Below are positions 45,045-55,698 of a DNA stretch of 64,000 nucleotides, piece by piece. Made by a program: the position numbers and the translations under genes. This DNA comes from Atopobium sp. UBA2090 (GTDB lineage: Bacteria; Actinomycetota; Coriobacteriia; Coriobacteriales; Atopobiaceae). Each line of letters begins with the position of its first letter. The stretch's first letter is position 1. The notes beneath the pieces were generated by a model. The model did not search any database. It was not told the origin of the DNA and saw only the letters and a list, made by a program, of their open reading frames with translations. The DNA lies in assembly GCA_002331575.1 (NCBI GenBank), contig DCZG01000050.1, forward strand, positions 2,657 through 66,656. Reading direction: 5' to 3'.

Positions 45045-46673
45045 CTATGCCTCGAAGACGACCTGGCCTCCCAAGACGGTCAGCGACGCCTGCGTCGCGA
45101 GCACCTCGGAGGGGCTGCAGGCAAAGAGGTTGTGGTCGAGCACGCAGACGTCTGCAGTCTTGCCAGCGGCAAGCGTGCCGAGCCGGTCGTCGAGCCCCAT
45201 GGCATAGGCCGAGCCATAGGTGTAGGCCCTGAGCGCCTCCGCCATCGAGATGCGCTCGGCGGGGAACCAGCCGTCGGGGTTCGAGCCGTCCTCGAGCATG
45301 CGATAGACCGCCCCGTAGACCTCCTCCATGGGCTCGATGCCCACGACGGGAAAGTCGGAGCCGAGATGGACGTTCGCCCCCGAGGCGAGAAGGCTGTGGA
45401 GCGGCCAGGAGAGCGCGGCGCGCTCAGGTCCGACGGCGGCGTCCTTGGCGAGGTCCGCCATGTCGAGGAGCATGTGCCAGGGCTGCATCGCCGGCGAGAT
45501 GCCCAGCCTGGCATAGCGGGGAAGGTCCTCGGGCTGGATCGTCTCGTTGTGCTCGATGCAGTGACGCAGCCCCTTCTTGCCGTAGAGCCTCTCGGCCTCC
45601 TCGAAGCAGTCGAGCACGAAGCGGATGGAGTGGTCGCCGATGGCGTGGATGCGCACGGGATAGCCGAGCTCGCAGGCCTTGAGAATGCCAGCCCTGACGC
45701 GCTCGGGCTTCTCGGCAGGCTCGCCGCAGGTCTCTGGGGCGTTGGCGTAGGGCTCGAGCATCCACGCGGTGTGGTCGGAGCAGACGCCGTCGACGAACTC
45801 CTTGAAGCCGCGCCACTCGATGGTGGTGCCGGGGAAGCTGTACTTCGCCCTGACCTCGTCGGGCGTCTTCGTCTCGAGGTCAAAGAGGTCGGTGTAGGTA
45901 AAGACCCGCAGCGGGAACTCGCCCTTGCGGCTCATGTCCGCGAACACCTCGTAGGGGTTGTCGAGGCTCACGAAGGTGGGGTGGACGGCCCCGACCGAGG
46001 TGATGCCGAGGCTGTTGGCCCTCCTCACCGTCTTGCCGAAAGACTCCCTGGCCCTGTCCAGCGGTGGGTTGTACACGGGAGAGAGGAAGAAGACGGCGGC
46101 GTTGTTGGAGAAGACGCCCGTCGGATTGCCGTCGGCGTCGTGGAGGATCCTGCCGCCGGAGGGATCCGGGGTTTCGCGCGTCACGCCGACCCTCTCCATC
46201 GCGCAGGTGTTGGCGCTGTACGTGTGCATGTCGACCTGCTGGAGGAACACGGGGCGATCGGAGATGTACTCGTCGATCATCCTCGCCGTCGGCATCTCGG
46301 GGATCTCCCACTGGAACTGGATGACCTGCACGCCGAGAATCCACTCGTTGTCGGGATGGGCGGCGGCAAAGGCCACGACGCGCTCCATGCACTGCTCGAA
46401 GCTCGTGCAGTCGATGAGGTTCACGCAGAAGTCGGGGTCGGTCGTCATCGCACCCTGGGCAAAGTGGGTGTGGGAGTCGATGAGACCAGGCATGATGAGC
46501 CGGTCTCCGTAGTCGCGGACGTCGGTCGACGGACCGACGAACGGCGCGAGGTGCCGTTCGTCTCCGCAGGTGAGAATCCTCCCGTCCGCAATCGCCACGC
46601 CGCCCTTGAAGGGCTGGCTGCCGTCGCCGGTGAAGACCGCAGTGCTCTTGAGAACCAGATCCGCCATACCCAT
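45045..46673 (-). CDS. Amidohydrolase (Amidohydro_3/YtcJ-like metal-dependent hydrolase)
   Basis: ATG at 46673 (or 46667) follows GGAGGA. Motif IMPGLIDSHTHF. About 540 aa. Confidence 0.85.
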   Translation of the reverse strand: MGMADLVLKSTAVFTGDGSQPFKGGVAIADGRILTCGDERHLAPFVGPSTDVRDYGDRLIMPGLIDSHTHFAQGAMTTDPDFCVNLIDCTSFEQCMERVVAFAAAHPDNEWILGVQVIQFQWEIPEMPTARMIDEYISDRPVFLQQVDMHTYSANTCAMERVGVTRETPDPSGGRILHDADGNPTGVFSNNAAVFFLSPVYNPPLDRARESFGKTVRRANSLGITSVGAVHPTFVSLDNPYEVFADMSRKGEFPLRVFTYTDLFDLETKTPDEVRAKYSFPGTTIEWRGFKEFVDGVCSDHTAWMLEPYANAPETCGEPAEKPERVRAGILKACELGYPVRIHAIGDHSIRFVLDCFEEAERLYGKKGLRHCIEHNETIQPEDLPRYARLGISPAMQPWHMLLDMADLAKDAAVGPERAALSWPLHSLLASGANVHLGSDFPVVGIEPMEEVYGAVYRMLEDGSNPDGWFPAERISMAEALRAYTYGSAYAMGLDDRLGTLAAGKTADVCVLDHNLFACSPSEVLATQASLTVLGGQVVFEA

Positions 46674-46859
46674 GGCTTCCTCCGATGTTGGTCGTGATGG
46701 GGTCTCGTCGTTGGCCACGATTGTGACAGCTGCGAGGCGGACATGGCGCGCCGTCAAGGCCCCTCTCGACGTTTGCCCAGGTAGCGACAGGGTTTAACTA
46801 GGCTTAATCGCCAAGCGTCGCGGGTTATCGAAGTCTAGCGACCGCTCGAGACACAAAGA

Positions 46860-46887
46860 GGCCCCGCACCGTTTCCGGTACGGGGCC
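46860..46887 (-). terminator. Intrinsic terminator of the PFOR gene
   Basis: ggccccg-c-accg ttt c cggt-a-cggggcc, followed on the minus strand by ucuuugugu. Confidence 0.65.
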
Positions 46888-46912
46888 TCCGCTCACGTCA
46901 GGCTATCGAAGC

Positions 46913-49900
46913 TTACGCCTCGGAGTACATCTGCTTGAGCTTGAGGAGGTGCTGGTAGCGAGCCATGGCGCTTGCCTCGTTCTTGGCAAAGAGCTCGGTG
47001 GCGCGCTCGGGGAACGAGCGGGTCAGGCTGCTGTAGCGAGCCTCGTTCATGAGGAACTCCTGGTAACCGCCAGCCGGCTCCTTGGAATCGAGCGTGAACT
47101 TCTTGCCCTCCTCCGCGGACGGGTCAAAGCGGAAGCAGTTCCAGTAGCCGCAGTCGACGGCCTTCTTCATCTCGGCCTGGCAGTTCTTCATGCCGCCCTT
47201 GATGGAGTGCATCTCGCAGGGGCTGTAGCCGATGACCAGGGACGGGCCGTCGTAGGCCTCGGCCTCGGCGATCGCCTTGAGGGTCTGGGCCATGTTGGAG
47301 CCCATGGCGACCTGCGCGACGTAGATGTAGCCGTAGCTCATCGCGATCTCGGCGAGGGACTTCTTCTTGATCTCCTTGCCGGCAGCCGCGAACTGGGCGA
47401 CCTGACCGATGTTGGAGGCCTTGGAAGCCTGGCCGCCGGTGTTGGAGTAGACCTCGGTGTCGAAGACGAAGACGTTCACGTCGTGGCCAGAGGCGAGGAC
47501 GTGGTCGAGGCCGCCGAAGCCGATGTCGTACGCCCAGCCGTCGCCGCCAAAGATCCAGAAGGACTTCTTGGTGAGGTAGGCCTTGTCGGCGACGATGGCC
47601 TTGGCGGCAGCGGAGCCGTCAGCCTCGAGCGCCGCGACGAGCGCCTCAGCGGTGACCTTGGAGTCGGCGGTGGAGTCCTTGGCGTCGATCCAGGCCTGCG
47701 CGGCGGCCTTCAGCTCGGCGGAGCCGTTCTCGGCGACGGCCTTGACGGCGGTCACGAGACGGTCCTGCTCGGCCTTGTAGCCGAGGGCGAGGCCAAGGCC
47801 GTGCTCGGCGTTGTCCTCGAAGAGGGAGTTGTTCCATGCGGGGCCGTGGCCGTCGGCGTTGACGGTGTAGGGCGCGGTGGCAGCCGGGTTGCCCCAGATG
47901 GAGGAGCAGCCGGTTGCGTTGGAGATGAACATGCGGTCACCGAAGAGCTGGGTCACGAGACGAGCGTAGCTGGTCTCGGCGCAGCCGGCGCAGGAGCCGG
48001 AGAACTCGAGCAGAGGCTTGTGGAACTGGGAGCCCTTGACGTTGTTGCCCTGGAGCTCCTTCTTCTCGGCCACGTTCGCGACGCAGTAGTCGAAGACCTT
48101 CTGCTGGTCGAGTTCGTCGGCCTGGGGAACCATGGTGAGGGCACCCTTGGGGCAGACGCCGGCGCAGACGGAGCAGCCCATGCAGTCGAGCGGGCTGATG
48201 GCCATCGTAAACTTGTAGCCGGTGTCCTTCGGGATCTTGACGTCGAGCATGCGCGTGTTCTCAGGAGCGTTGGCGGCCTCGTCGGCGGTCAGCGCGAACG
48301 GACGGATCGTGGCGTGCGGGCACACGAACGCGCACTGGTTGCACTGGATGCACTTGGACTCGTCCCAGTGAGGAACGACGACGGCGACGCCGCGCTTCTC
48401 GTAGGCAGCAGCGCCGAGTTCCCACTGGCCGTCGGCGTGATCCATGAAGGCGGAGACGGGAAGACGGTCGCCGTCCATGTTGTCGATCGGGTTGAGAAGC
48501 TCCTTGACCTGCTTGATGACGGCCGCGCGACCCTCGAGCGTGAGAGCGCTGGGGGCATCCTCGGCGGTAGCCCAGTCAGCGGGGACGTCGATCTTGGTGT
48601 AGGCGGTGGCGCCTGCGTCGATGGCCTTGTGGTTGGCGTCGACGATGGCCTGGCCCTTCTTGAGGTAGGACTTGGTGGCGGCATCCTTCATGTACTGGAG
48701 GGCCTCCTCGGCGGGGAGCACCTTGGCCAGCGAGAAGAACGCGGACTGGAGGACGGTGTTGGTGCGCTTGCCCATGCCGACCTTGGCGGCCAGGTCGATG
48801 GCGTCGATCATGTAGACCTGGATGTCGTTGTCAGCGATGTAGCGCTTGGCCTCGGCGTTGAGGTGATGCGAGAGCTCCTCAAGGTCCCACTGGCAGTTGA
48901 TCAGGAACGTGCCGCCGGGCTTGATGTCCTGGACGATGCGCATGCCCTTGGTGATGTAGCTGGGGTTGTGGCACGCGACGAAGTCGGCCTTGGTGACGTA
49001 GTACGGCGAGCGGATGGGCGAGTCGCCGAAGCGCAGGTGCGAGATCGTGACGCCGCCGGTCTTCTTGGAATCGTACTGGAAGTAGGCCTGGACGTACTTG
49101 TCGGTGTGGTCGCCGATGATCTTGATCGAGTTCTTGTTCGCGCCGACGGTGCCGTCGCCGCCGAGGCCCCAGAACTTGCACTCGATGGTGCCGGGGGCAG
49201 CGGTGTTGGTGTTGTTCTCGCGCGGGAGGGAGAGGCCGGTGACGTCGTCGACGATGCCGAGCGTGAACTCACGCTTGGGGGCGTCCTTGGCGAGCTCGGT
49301 GTAGACGGCGAAGGCGTCGGCAGGGGTGGTGTCCTTGGAGCCGAGGCCGTAGCGGCCGCCGGTGACGACGAGGTCGGACTTGCCAGCCTCGTAGAGAGCG
49401 GTGACGACGTCCTGGTAGAGAGGCTCGCCGATGGAGCCGGGCTCCTTGGTGCGGTCGAGGACGGCAATCTTCTTGACGGTCGCGGGGAGGGCGGCCACGA
49501 AGTCCTTGATGGACCACGGACGATAGAGGCGGACCTTCACGAGGCCGACCTTCTCGCCGTTGGCGTTGAGGTTGTCGATGACTTCCTCGATGGTGTCGCA
49601 GAAGGAGCCCATGCAGACGATGACACGGTCGGCGTCGGCGGCACCGTAGTAGTCGAACAGGTGGTAGCTCGTGCCGAGCTTCTCGTTGATCTTGTCCATG
49701 TAGCTCTGGACGATCGCGGGAAGCGCGTCATAGGAGGAGTTGCAGGCCTCACGGTGCTGGAAGAAGATGTCGCCGTTCTCGTGGGAGCCGCGGGCATGCG
49801 GATGCTCGGGGTTGAGGGCGTGGTCGCGGAAGGCCTGGACGGCGTCCATGTCGAGCATGTCGGCGAGGTCGGAGAAGTCCCAGGTGGCGACCTTCTGAAT

Positions 49901-50437
49901 CTCGTGAGAGGTGCGGAAGCCGTCGAAGAAGTTCACGAACGGGACCTTGCCCTCGATGGCGGCGAGGTGAGCGACGGGCGAGAGGTCCATGACCTCCTGG
50001 ACGTTGCCCTCGGCGAGCATGGCGAAGCCGGTCTGACGGCAGGCCATGACGTCGGAGTGGTCACCAAAGATGTTGAGGGCATGAGAGGCGACCGTGCGGG
50101 CGGACACGTGGAAGACGCCGGGGAGACCCTCGCCGGCGATCTTGTACATGTTCGGGATCATGAGGAGCAGGCCCTGCGACGCCGTGTAGGTGGTCGTGAG
50201 CGCGCCAGCGCCAAGAGAGCCGTGAACGGAACCGGAGGCGCCGCCCTCAGACTCCATCTCGACGACGTTGACGGGGTTGCCGAAGACGTTCTTCAGACCC
50301 TGAGCTGCCCACTGGTCGACGTGGTCGGCCATGGGGCTGGACGGCGTGATCGGGTAGATGCCCGCCACCTCGGTGTAGGCGTAGGAGACCCACGCTGCGG
50401 CCTCGTTGCCGTCCATGGACTTAAACTTTCTCGCCAT
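46913..50437 (-). CDS. nifJ: Pyruvate:ferredoxin (flavodoxin) oxidoreductase, monomeric NifJ type
   Basis: ATG at 50437 follows AGGAGAGG. Two 4Fe-4S motifs CIQCNQCAFVCPH and CMGCSVCAGVCP. TPP region GGDGWAYDIG. Confidence 0.95.
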   Translation of the reverse strand: MARKFKSMDGNEAAAWVSYAYTEVAGIYPITPSSPMADHVDQWAAQGLKNVFGNPVNVVEMESEGGASGSVHGSLGAGALTTTYTASQGLLLMIPNMYKIAGEGLPGVFHVSARTVASHALNIFGDHSDVMACRQTGFAMLAEGNVQEVMDLSPVAHLAAIEGKVPFVNFFDGFRTSHEIQKVATWDFSDLADMLDMDAVQAFRDHALNPEHPHARGSHENGDIFFQHREACNSSYDALPAIVQSYMDKINEKLGTSYHLFDYYGAADADRVIVCMGSFCDTIEEVIDNLNANGEKVGLVKVRLYRPWSIKDFVAALPATVKKIAVLDRTKEPGSIGEPLYQDVVTALYEAGKSDLVVTGGRYGLGSKDTTPADAFAVYTELAKDAPKREFTLGIVDDVTGLSLPRENNTNTAAPGTIECKFWGLGGDGTVGANKNSIKIIGDHTDKYVQAYFQYDSKKTGGVTISHLRFGDSPIRSPYYVTKADFVACHNPSYITKGMRIVQDIKPGGTFLINCQWDLEELSHHLNAEAKRYIADNDIQVYMIDAIDLAAKVGMGKRTNTVLQSAFFSLAKVLPAEEALQYMKDAATKSYLKKGQAIVDANHKAIDAGATAYTKIDVPADWATAEDAPSALTLEGRAAVIKQVKELLNPIDNMDGDRLPVSAFMDHADGQWELGAAAYEKRGVAVVVPHWDESKCIQCNQCAFVCPHATIRPFALTADEAANAPENTRMLDVKIPKDTGYKFTMAISPLDCMGCSVCAGVCPKGALTMVPQADELDQQKVFDYCVANVAEKKELQGNNVKGSQFHKPLLEFSGSCAGCAETSYARLVTQLFGDRMFISNATGCSSIWGNPAATAPYTVNADGHGPAWNNSLFEDNAEHGLGLALGYKAEQDRLVTAVKAVAENGSAELKAAAQAWIDAKDSTADSKVTAEALVAALEADGSAAAKAIVADKAYLTKKSFWIFGGDGWAYDIGFGGLDHVLASGHDVNVFVFDTEVYSNTGGQASKASNIGQVAQFAAAGKEIKKKSLAEIAMSYGYIYVAQVAMGSNMAQTLKAIAEAEAYDGPSLVIGYSPCEMHSIKGGMKNCQAEMKKAVDCGYWNCFRFDPSAEEGKKFTLDSKEPAGGYQEFLMNEARYSSLTRSFPERATELFAKNEASAMARYQHLLKLKQMYSEA

Positions 50438-50638
50438 ATCCTCTCCTTCAGACACACGGACCGCCGCTCATCGACGGCTCCGCAAATCGTCACACAGCCA
50501 TGCACTCCCTCGAGACGCATGCCTAGACGCTACGTATGATACCCCATCGCACGTGACCAGCATGGGGTTTCAGGCGTTATATCAGCCAAATCGACGAACC
50601 GACAAATCGCAGGTTAAATGCCGCTTTTCCAGTAGGCA

Positions 50639-51310
50639 TTACAGCGGTCTGCGAGCCTTCGCGTCCATGGAGGCGAGGAGCTTCGCGTAGCCCTGGCGAA
50701 AGCGCTCCGAGCGGTCTCCCGAGGCATCGGCGGCAGGGACCACGCCGTGCTCGTCGGAGACAAGAAACACCTCGTCATAGGCAGCGTCCCCCGCGAGGAC
50801 GGAGTCGGGGAGGCCATCGTCTCGTACGATCGTGAGGCCGACGGCGGAGGCGAGGTCCGAGACGAGCGTGTCGGCGCCGGCGGGGTGCGTCGAGGAGCCG
50901 ATGCCCCACACGAGCACGTCGTCGCGGACGAGCCAGAGCGTCTCGGGAGCGACGCCCGTCTCGTCAGCCTCGATACGTGACAGCCGTGCGCGCGCCGCGA
51001 GGTCGGAGACGCTGGCGGAGGTGAGCGGCTCGTAGGGGCCGACGGTCATGGCCGCCCTGCCGGCGTCGTCGATGATGAGCATGAGGACGCCGTCGGGGTT
51101 GTCATGAGACCCGTCTCGCAGGTTCCACTCGATGTGCTGCTTGGCCCATGCCACGAGCTCGGTCGTGACATGGGCGTCATTGACCATCCGCTGCCCGAGG
51201 GCGCGCAGGTGACGGTTCTCGAGGGGGAGCGCCCCCGAGGCGAGGCGCCAGCGGCACACGAGGGCTGGCGTACCGAGCGTGAAGCGCTCCTGGTCCGTGA
51301 CGCGTGGCAT
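50639..51310 (-). CDS. Hypothetical protein with an aminotransferase class IV / ADC-lyase-like fold
   Basis: ATG at 51310 follows GAGGAG. LENRHLRALGQ and DEVFLVSDEHGVVP resemble class IV aminotransferase segments. Short, and no catalytic Lys recognised. Confidence 0.5.
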   Translation of the reverse strand: MPRVTDQERFTLGTPALVCRWRLASGALPLENRHLRALGQRMVNDAHVTTELVAWAKQHIEWNLRDGSHDNPDGVLMLIIDDAGRAAMTVGPYEPLTSASVSDLAARARLSRIEADETGVAPETLWLVRDDVLVWGIGSSTHPAGADTLVSDLASAVGLTIVRDDGLPDSVLAGDAAYDEVFLVSDEHGVVPAADASGDRSERFRQGYAKLLASMDAKARRPL

Positions 51311-51394
51311 GGCGGGTCTCCTCTCGTTGGCTGCACGCGTCATCATACCCCGCTCACGTCGGCGGAGCGCGATGACGCGCGAGGGGCCCGTTCC

Positions 51395-52792
51395 CTACTC
51401 CGCCCTCGGCAGCACGACGCGCCGGCACGCGGCATAGGTCAGCGCGAGGTAGGCCGCGAAGACCACCAGCACCGAAGCCAGCACCGCGGGAAAGCTCACG
51501 CTCCCTTCGGGCAGCTGGAAGACCTGGGTGAGAATCGCGTCCGCCACCACGAAGCCGACGGCGTCATGCACCACGACCACGACGCTCGGCACGAGGAAGT
51601 AGGCCGCCACCTGCGAGAAGAGCGTGCGTGAGAGCAACCCCTCCCCCGCCCCGAGACGAGCGAGCTCGGCGTACCCCTCGCGGTTGTCGGACGCCTCGGA
51701 GAGCTGCTGGAGGGCGAGCACCGCCACGCCGGCGACCAGGAACGTGATGCCGAAGAACAGGATGATGTAGACGAACGAGCCGAGATACGCGACCTCCTCG
51801 GCATAGTCCTCCGTGGGCACGCTCGCGAGCTCGACGGTTGCGGCATTTCTGATTCCGATTGCCATGCCAAGGGCGCAGACGCCCACGGCGAGAAGCGCCG
51901 CCACGCAGGTGAGCGCGGAGCAGCTGGCGGAGACGTGCGCCTCGAGCTGACGGCTCACGAAGCAGGTGAGGTCGCGAAGGTAGACGACGCGGCTGGCGCG
52001 CAGGGCGTCGCCGACGACCGTCGCGAGCGAGCGGAGCACGAGGTAGGAGCCCGCACACACAAGCACGATCATGGGGACCATGAGTATGACGAAGGCCTCG
52101 ACCGAGAGACAGATGGCATACCCGAGCCCCAGGCAGACGAGTCCGACCACGATATCGTGAATCACGGCGCTGCGCGGACGGACGACGGATGCCTCGGACT
52201 CTCGGCCAGCCCTCATGAGGTCGGCGAGGCTCGTGCGGCCGAGCTCGCGCACGGCTCCGATGGCGGAGACGAGCATGACCAGGAAGAAACCGGTCACGGC
52301 GAGCGCGATGCCGGGGAGTGACACCACGAAGGTCAGGCGCCAGGGCAGCGCGAACGCCCAGGCCGCAAGCGCCCCGAAGGCAGGCGAGAGCAGCACGCCC
52401 ACCCCCATGCCCGCCGCGAGCGCCATGAGCGCCACCATACCGCACTCGCGCAGGAGCACGCGCGCCACGGCACCGCGCGAGAGCCCGACGAGCATGAGCG
52501 TGGCGAGCTCGTTCTTGCGACGACGGACCAGGAAGCGGTTGGCATATCTCGCGAGCAGGCAGAACACGACAACCGAGAAGAAGCCGAGCGGTGCGATGAA
52601 GGCCGTGGCGCGGTTGAGCGTGTCCGACCCGCTCGCCACGGCCGCCTCCGACCCCAGGGCGGTGATGGTGTCGGAGCACGAGGCGTAGGTGTAGAGCAGG
52701 CAGGCGCAGAACGCGAGGGTTGCGAAATAGACCGAGTAGTCCCTCAGACTCCGGCGAACGCTGCTCGCCGCGAGTCGTCTCTCGAGATTCAT
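51395..52792 (-). CDS. FtsX-like ABC transporter permease (second, shorter permease)
   Basis: ATG at 52792. N-terminus LAASSVRRSLRDYSVYFATLAF resembles BceB-type permeases. Multi-TM. Confidence 0.75.
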   Translation of the reverse strand: MNLERRLAASSVRRSLRDYSVYFATLAFCACLLYTYASCSDTITALGSEAAVASGSDTLNRATAFIAPLGFFSVVVFCLLARYANRFLVRRRKNELATLMLVGLSRGAVARVLLRECGMVALMALAAGMGVGVLLSPAFGALAAWAFALPWRLTFVVSLPGIALAVTGFFLVMLVSAIGAVRELGRTSLADLMRAGRESEASVVRPRSAVIHDIVVGLVCLGLGYAICLSVEAFVILMVPMIVLVCAGSYLVLRSLATVVGDALRASRVVYLRDLTCFVSRQLEAHVSASCSALTCVAALLAVGVCALGMAIGIRNAATVELASVPTEDYAEEVAYLGSFVYIILFFGITFLVAGVAVLALQQLSEASDNREGYAELARLGAGEGLLSRTLFSQVAAYFLVPSVVVVVHDAVGFVVADAILTQVFQLPEGSVSFPAVLASVLVVFAAYLALTYAACRRVVLPRAE

Positions 52793-52820
52793 GTCGATAG
52801 ATCCTTTCCGGTAGGTCCCC

Positions 52821-54911
52821 CTACTCGCGGGCACGCGAGCTGTGCATGGTCACGAGTCCGCGCGAGGTGACGTACGTGATCGCGAAGTAGGCGCCGTAGA
52901 CGGCCACGAAGGCGACCGCGGTGGTGACGATGGCGTTCGTCCAGCTGATCGAGCCGATGAGACTGATGATGCGGATGAGCTGACGAAGGGCGACCACGGT
53001 GTGCGCGACCGCGACGATGAGTGGCAGCAGGAAGAAGGCGAGCGTCTGCACGAGAAGCGAGCGCAGCGCCATGCTCCGGGGGCACCCGAGCTCCGCGAGG
53101 AGCCGATAGCTCGGGATGGCGTCCGAGGCGGAGGAGAGCTGCTGGATGGCGAGGATGGCAGCACAGGCGATCACGAGAACGAAGCCGATGTAGATGGCAA
53201 GGTACGAGATCATTCCAGAGGTCTTCTGACTGCTCTGAATCGCGTCGTTTCGGGTTCCATACGAGATGAAGCGATACTGGCCTTCGGTGTTAGGCATCTC
53301 GGAGAGCTTCGCGGTCTCCTCGAAGTACCTCTCGTCACCTTTCGCAGAGTCGACGGAGTAGTTCATGTCGACAATGGAGTTCGCCAGCTCCGCCCCACTG
53401 ACGAGTTCGTCCGGAACGACGACGGCATCGAACCACGCGCCGACGTCGGCGGGCGTCGCCGAGGGACCGGCGTCGGCGGTACTGGAGATGGGGCTCAGCG
53501 TACGGCCGCCAAGCGAGATCTGGGTGCCCGCAGCCATGACCGCATTGTCGAAGTTGGCCATGGAGGCATTCACGCTCGACAGGATGAGATAACCGCTTTC
53601 ACCCAGGTCGATGGGGTCGAGCCCGTTGAGCGAGCGGAGCTTGTTGTAGTCTGACTGCGTCATGAGATAGTAGGTGAGCGCGGAGAAGTCGGTCGAGGTC
53701 GAGAGGCCGGGGATGTCAGGACTGACGCCCGACGCCTTGGCGAATCCCGAGACGCTGAGGTCCTCCCCGCCTTCGACCTGACCGGGGTTGTACACATTGA
53801 GATACTCGACCTGGCTCGAGAATGACGAGAAGTCGATGCCTGCGTTGGCCATCGCCTGCTGCGCGGGAGTGTCCTGCCCCTCCTCGATGGTCGTGCCCTG
53901 GTTGTAGATAAAGACGACCGACGCGTCGTAGGGATTCGCCTTGCGGGTATCGGCGTCGAGGCCCGAGCAGATGCCCATACCACCGGAGACGGCCATGATC
54001 GCGAGGAAGAGGATGAACGAGATGACGGCCATCGACACCGAGACGGTGTTCACCTTCGACGAGAGCTGGCGCACCGTGAACATGTTGAGGCCGCGGTAGT
54101 ACGCCCCGTGGAAGGCCCGACTCACGTGGAAGAGAAGTCCCGAGAGCCCGTAGAAGAAGACGAGCGTGCCGGCGCACACGATGAGGGTGGTCACGAGGAA
54201 GGGCGGGAACTCCACCGTCCCGTCGAGAGGGAGGCCGTCGCGCGTGAGACGGTAGTACGCCCAGCCGATGAGGCCGACGCCCACGAGGCCCAACACGATC
54301 GTCGCCGGCAGGCTGCGTACCCTGACCTGCTCGTTCTTACGCGACGCGCTCATAAGGTCGGCGAGGTCGACCTTGCGAAGCATGCGGAGGTTGAACGCGA
54401 GCATGACGACGAAGATGAGCACGAAGCAGCCGAGCGTGAAGAGGGCGGCAAAGGGCGAGAAGTGGAACGAGAAGTTGGTGACCCGGTCGTTGAAGAGGGC
54501 GGCGGTCACGAAGACGAGCAGCTGCGAGAGCAGGACGCCCGTGAGCAGGCCGACGACGAACGAGGCAAGCGATGCCAGGGCCGTTTCGAGGAAGAGCACG
54601 AGGGACACCTGGCCCCGCGTCATGCCCAGGAGCTGATAGAGTCCGAACTCCTGCTTGCGCCTCTTGACCAGGTAGTTATTGGCATAGACCATGAGAAAGC
54701 CAAGGACGAAGGCGAGAAAGACCGTGACGAACAGCATGAGCTGCCCCACCGCCTGAACCATCTCGCGCGCGTCCGTGGAGAGAAAGCTCGCCTGGTCGGA
54801 AATCGTGTTGAAGGCGTAGAACACCGCCACGCCGAGCACGAGCGTGATGAAGTACACGGCGTAGTCGCGCGCGGACTTGCGGACGTTGCCGAGGGCAAGT
54901 CTAAAGAACAT
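52821..54911 (-). CDS. BceB-type (FtsX-domain) ABC transporter permease with a large extracytoplasmic domain
   Basis: ATG at 54911 (119th codon of ORF 52821..55265). N-terminus MFFRLALGNVRKSARDYAVYFITL. 696 aa. Overlaps the ATPase stop by 11 nt. Confidence 0.88.
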   Translation of the reverse strand: MFFRLALGNVRKSARDYAVYFITLVLGVAVFYAFNTISDQASFLSTDAREMVQAVGQLMLFVTVFLAFVLGFLMVYANNYLVKRRKQEFGLYQLLGMTRGQVSLVLFLETALASLASFVVGLLTGVLLSQLLVFVTAALFNDRVTNFSFHFSPFAALFTLGCFVLIFVVMLAFNLRMLRKVDLADLMSASRKNEQVRVRSLPATIVLGLVGVGLIGWAYYRLTRDGLPLDGTVEFPPFLVTTLIVCAGTLVFFYGLSGLLFHVSRAFHGAYYRGLNMFTVRQLSSKVNTVSVSMAVISFILFLAIMAVSGGMGICSGLDADTRKANPYDASVVFIYNQGTTIEEGQDTPAQQAMANAGIDFSSFSSQVEYLNVYNPGQVEGGEDLSVSGFAKASGVSPDIPGLSTSTDFSALTYYLMTQSDYNKLRSLNGLDPIDLGESGYLILSSVNASMANFDNAVMAAGTQISLGGRTLSPISSTADAGPSATPADVGAWFDAVVVPDELVSGAELANSIVDMNYSVDSAKGDERYFEETAKLSEMPNTEGQYRFISYGTRNDAIQSSQKTSGMISYLAIYIGFVLVIACAAILAIQQLSSASDAIPSYRLLAELGCPRSMALRSLLVQTLAFFLLPLIVAVAHTVVALRQLIRIISLIGSISWTNAIVTTAVAFVAVYGAYFAITYVTSRGLVTMHSSRARE

Positions 54912-55671
54912 CGTCCTGACCTCCCCCGATGGTCGCCACGACACCCATGATCTGGTCGAAGAAGACGCGGCGCGTGAGGTTGCCGCGACGGAGCTCGGTA
55001 AAGATGCGACCGTCTCGGATGAAGAGCACGCGCTGGCAGTAGCTCGCGGCAAAGCTGTCGTGGGTGACCATGAGGATCGTGGTGCCGTAGCTCTCGTTGA
55101 GGGCATCGAAGCGCTCGAGGAGGAGCTTGGAGTTCTTGGAGTCGAGCGCGCCAGTGGGCTCGTCGGCGAGGACGAGCGTGGGGTTGGTGACCATCGCGCG
55201 GCAGGCCGCGACGCGCTGCTTCTGTCCGCCGGACACCTGATAGGGGAACTTCTCGAGGACGTCATTCACGCCGAGTGCGGTGGCGATGCGGACCACCCGC
55301 TCGTCGATCTCCGACGCGCGGACGTGGGCGATGGTGAGAGGCAGGGCGATGTTCTCGCGGCACGAGAGCGTGTCGAGCAGGTTGGAGTCCTGGAAGATGA
55401 AGCCCAGCTGCTCGCGGCGGAACTGCGCGAGCTGGCGGGAGCGCATATGCGTGATGTCGGACCCATCGATGATGACGGAGCCCGAGGTCGGGCGATCAAT
55501 CGTGGCGATGCAGTTGAGGAGCGTCGTCTTGCCGGAGCCGGACGGCCCCATGATGGCGACGTACTCGCCGCGGTCGACGACGAACGAGACGCCCGCGAGC
55601 GCGTGGGTCGCGCTGCCGAACTTGCCGCCGTAGACCTTCTCGACGTTGGAAACCTGGAGTGCCTTGGTCAT
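54901..55671 (-). CDS. ABC transporter ATP-binding protein (BceA/MacB-like)
   Basis: Walker A GPSGSGKTT, signature VSGGQKQR, Walker B LVLADEPT. Confidence 0.93.
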   Translation of the reverse strand: MTKALQVSNVEKVYGGKFGSATHALAGVSFVVDRGEYVAIMGPSGSGKTTLLNCIATIDRPTSGSVIIDGSDITHMRSRQLAQFRREQLGFIFQDSNLLDTLSCRENIALPLTIAHVRASEIDERVVRIATALGVNDVLEKFPYQVSGGQKQRVAACRAMVTNPTLVLADEPTGALDSKNSKLLLERFDALNESYGTTILMVTHDSFAASYCQRVLFIRDGRIFTELRRGNLTRRVFFDQIMGVVATIGGGQDDVL

Positions 55672-55698
55672 GATATGAACCTCTCAGATGCAGGTCAA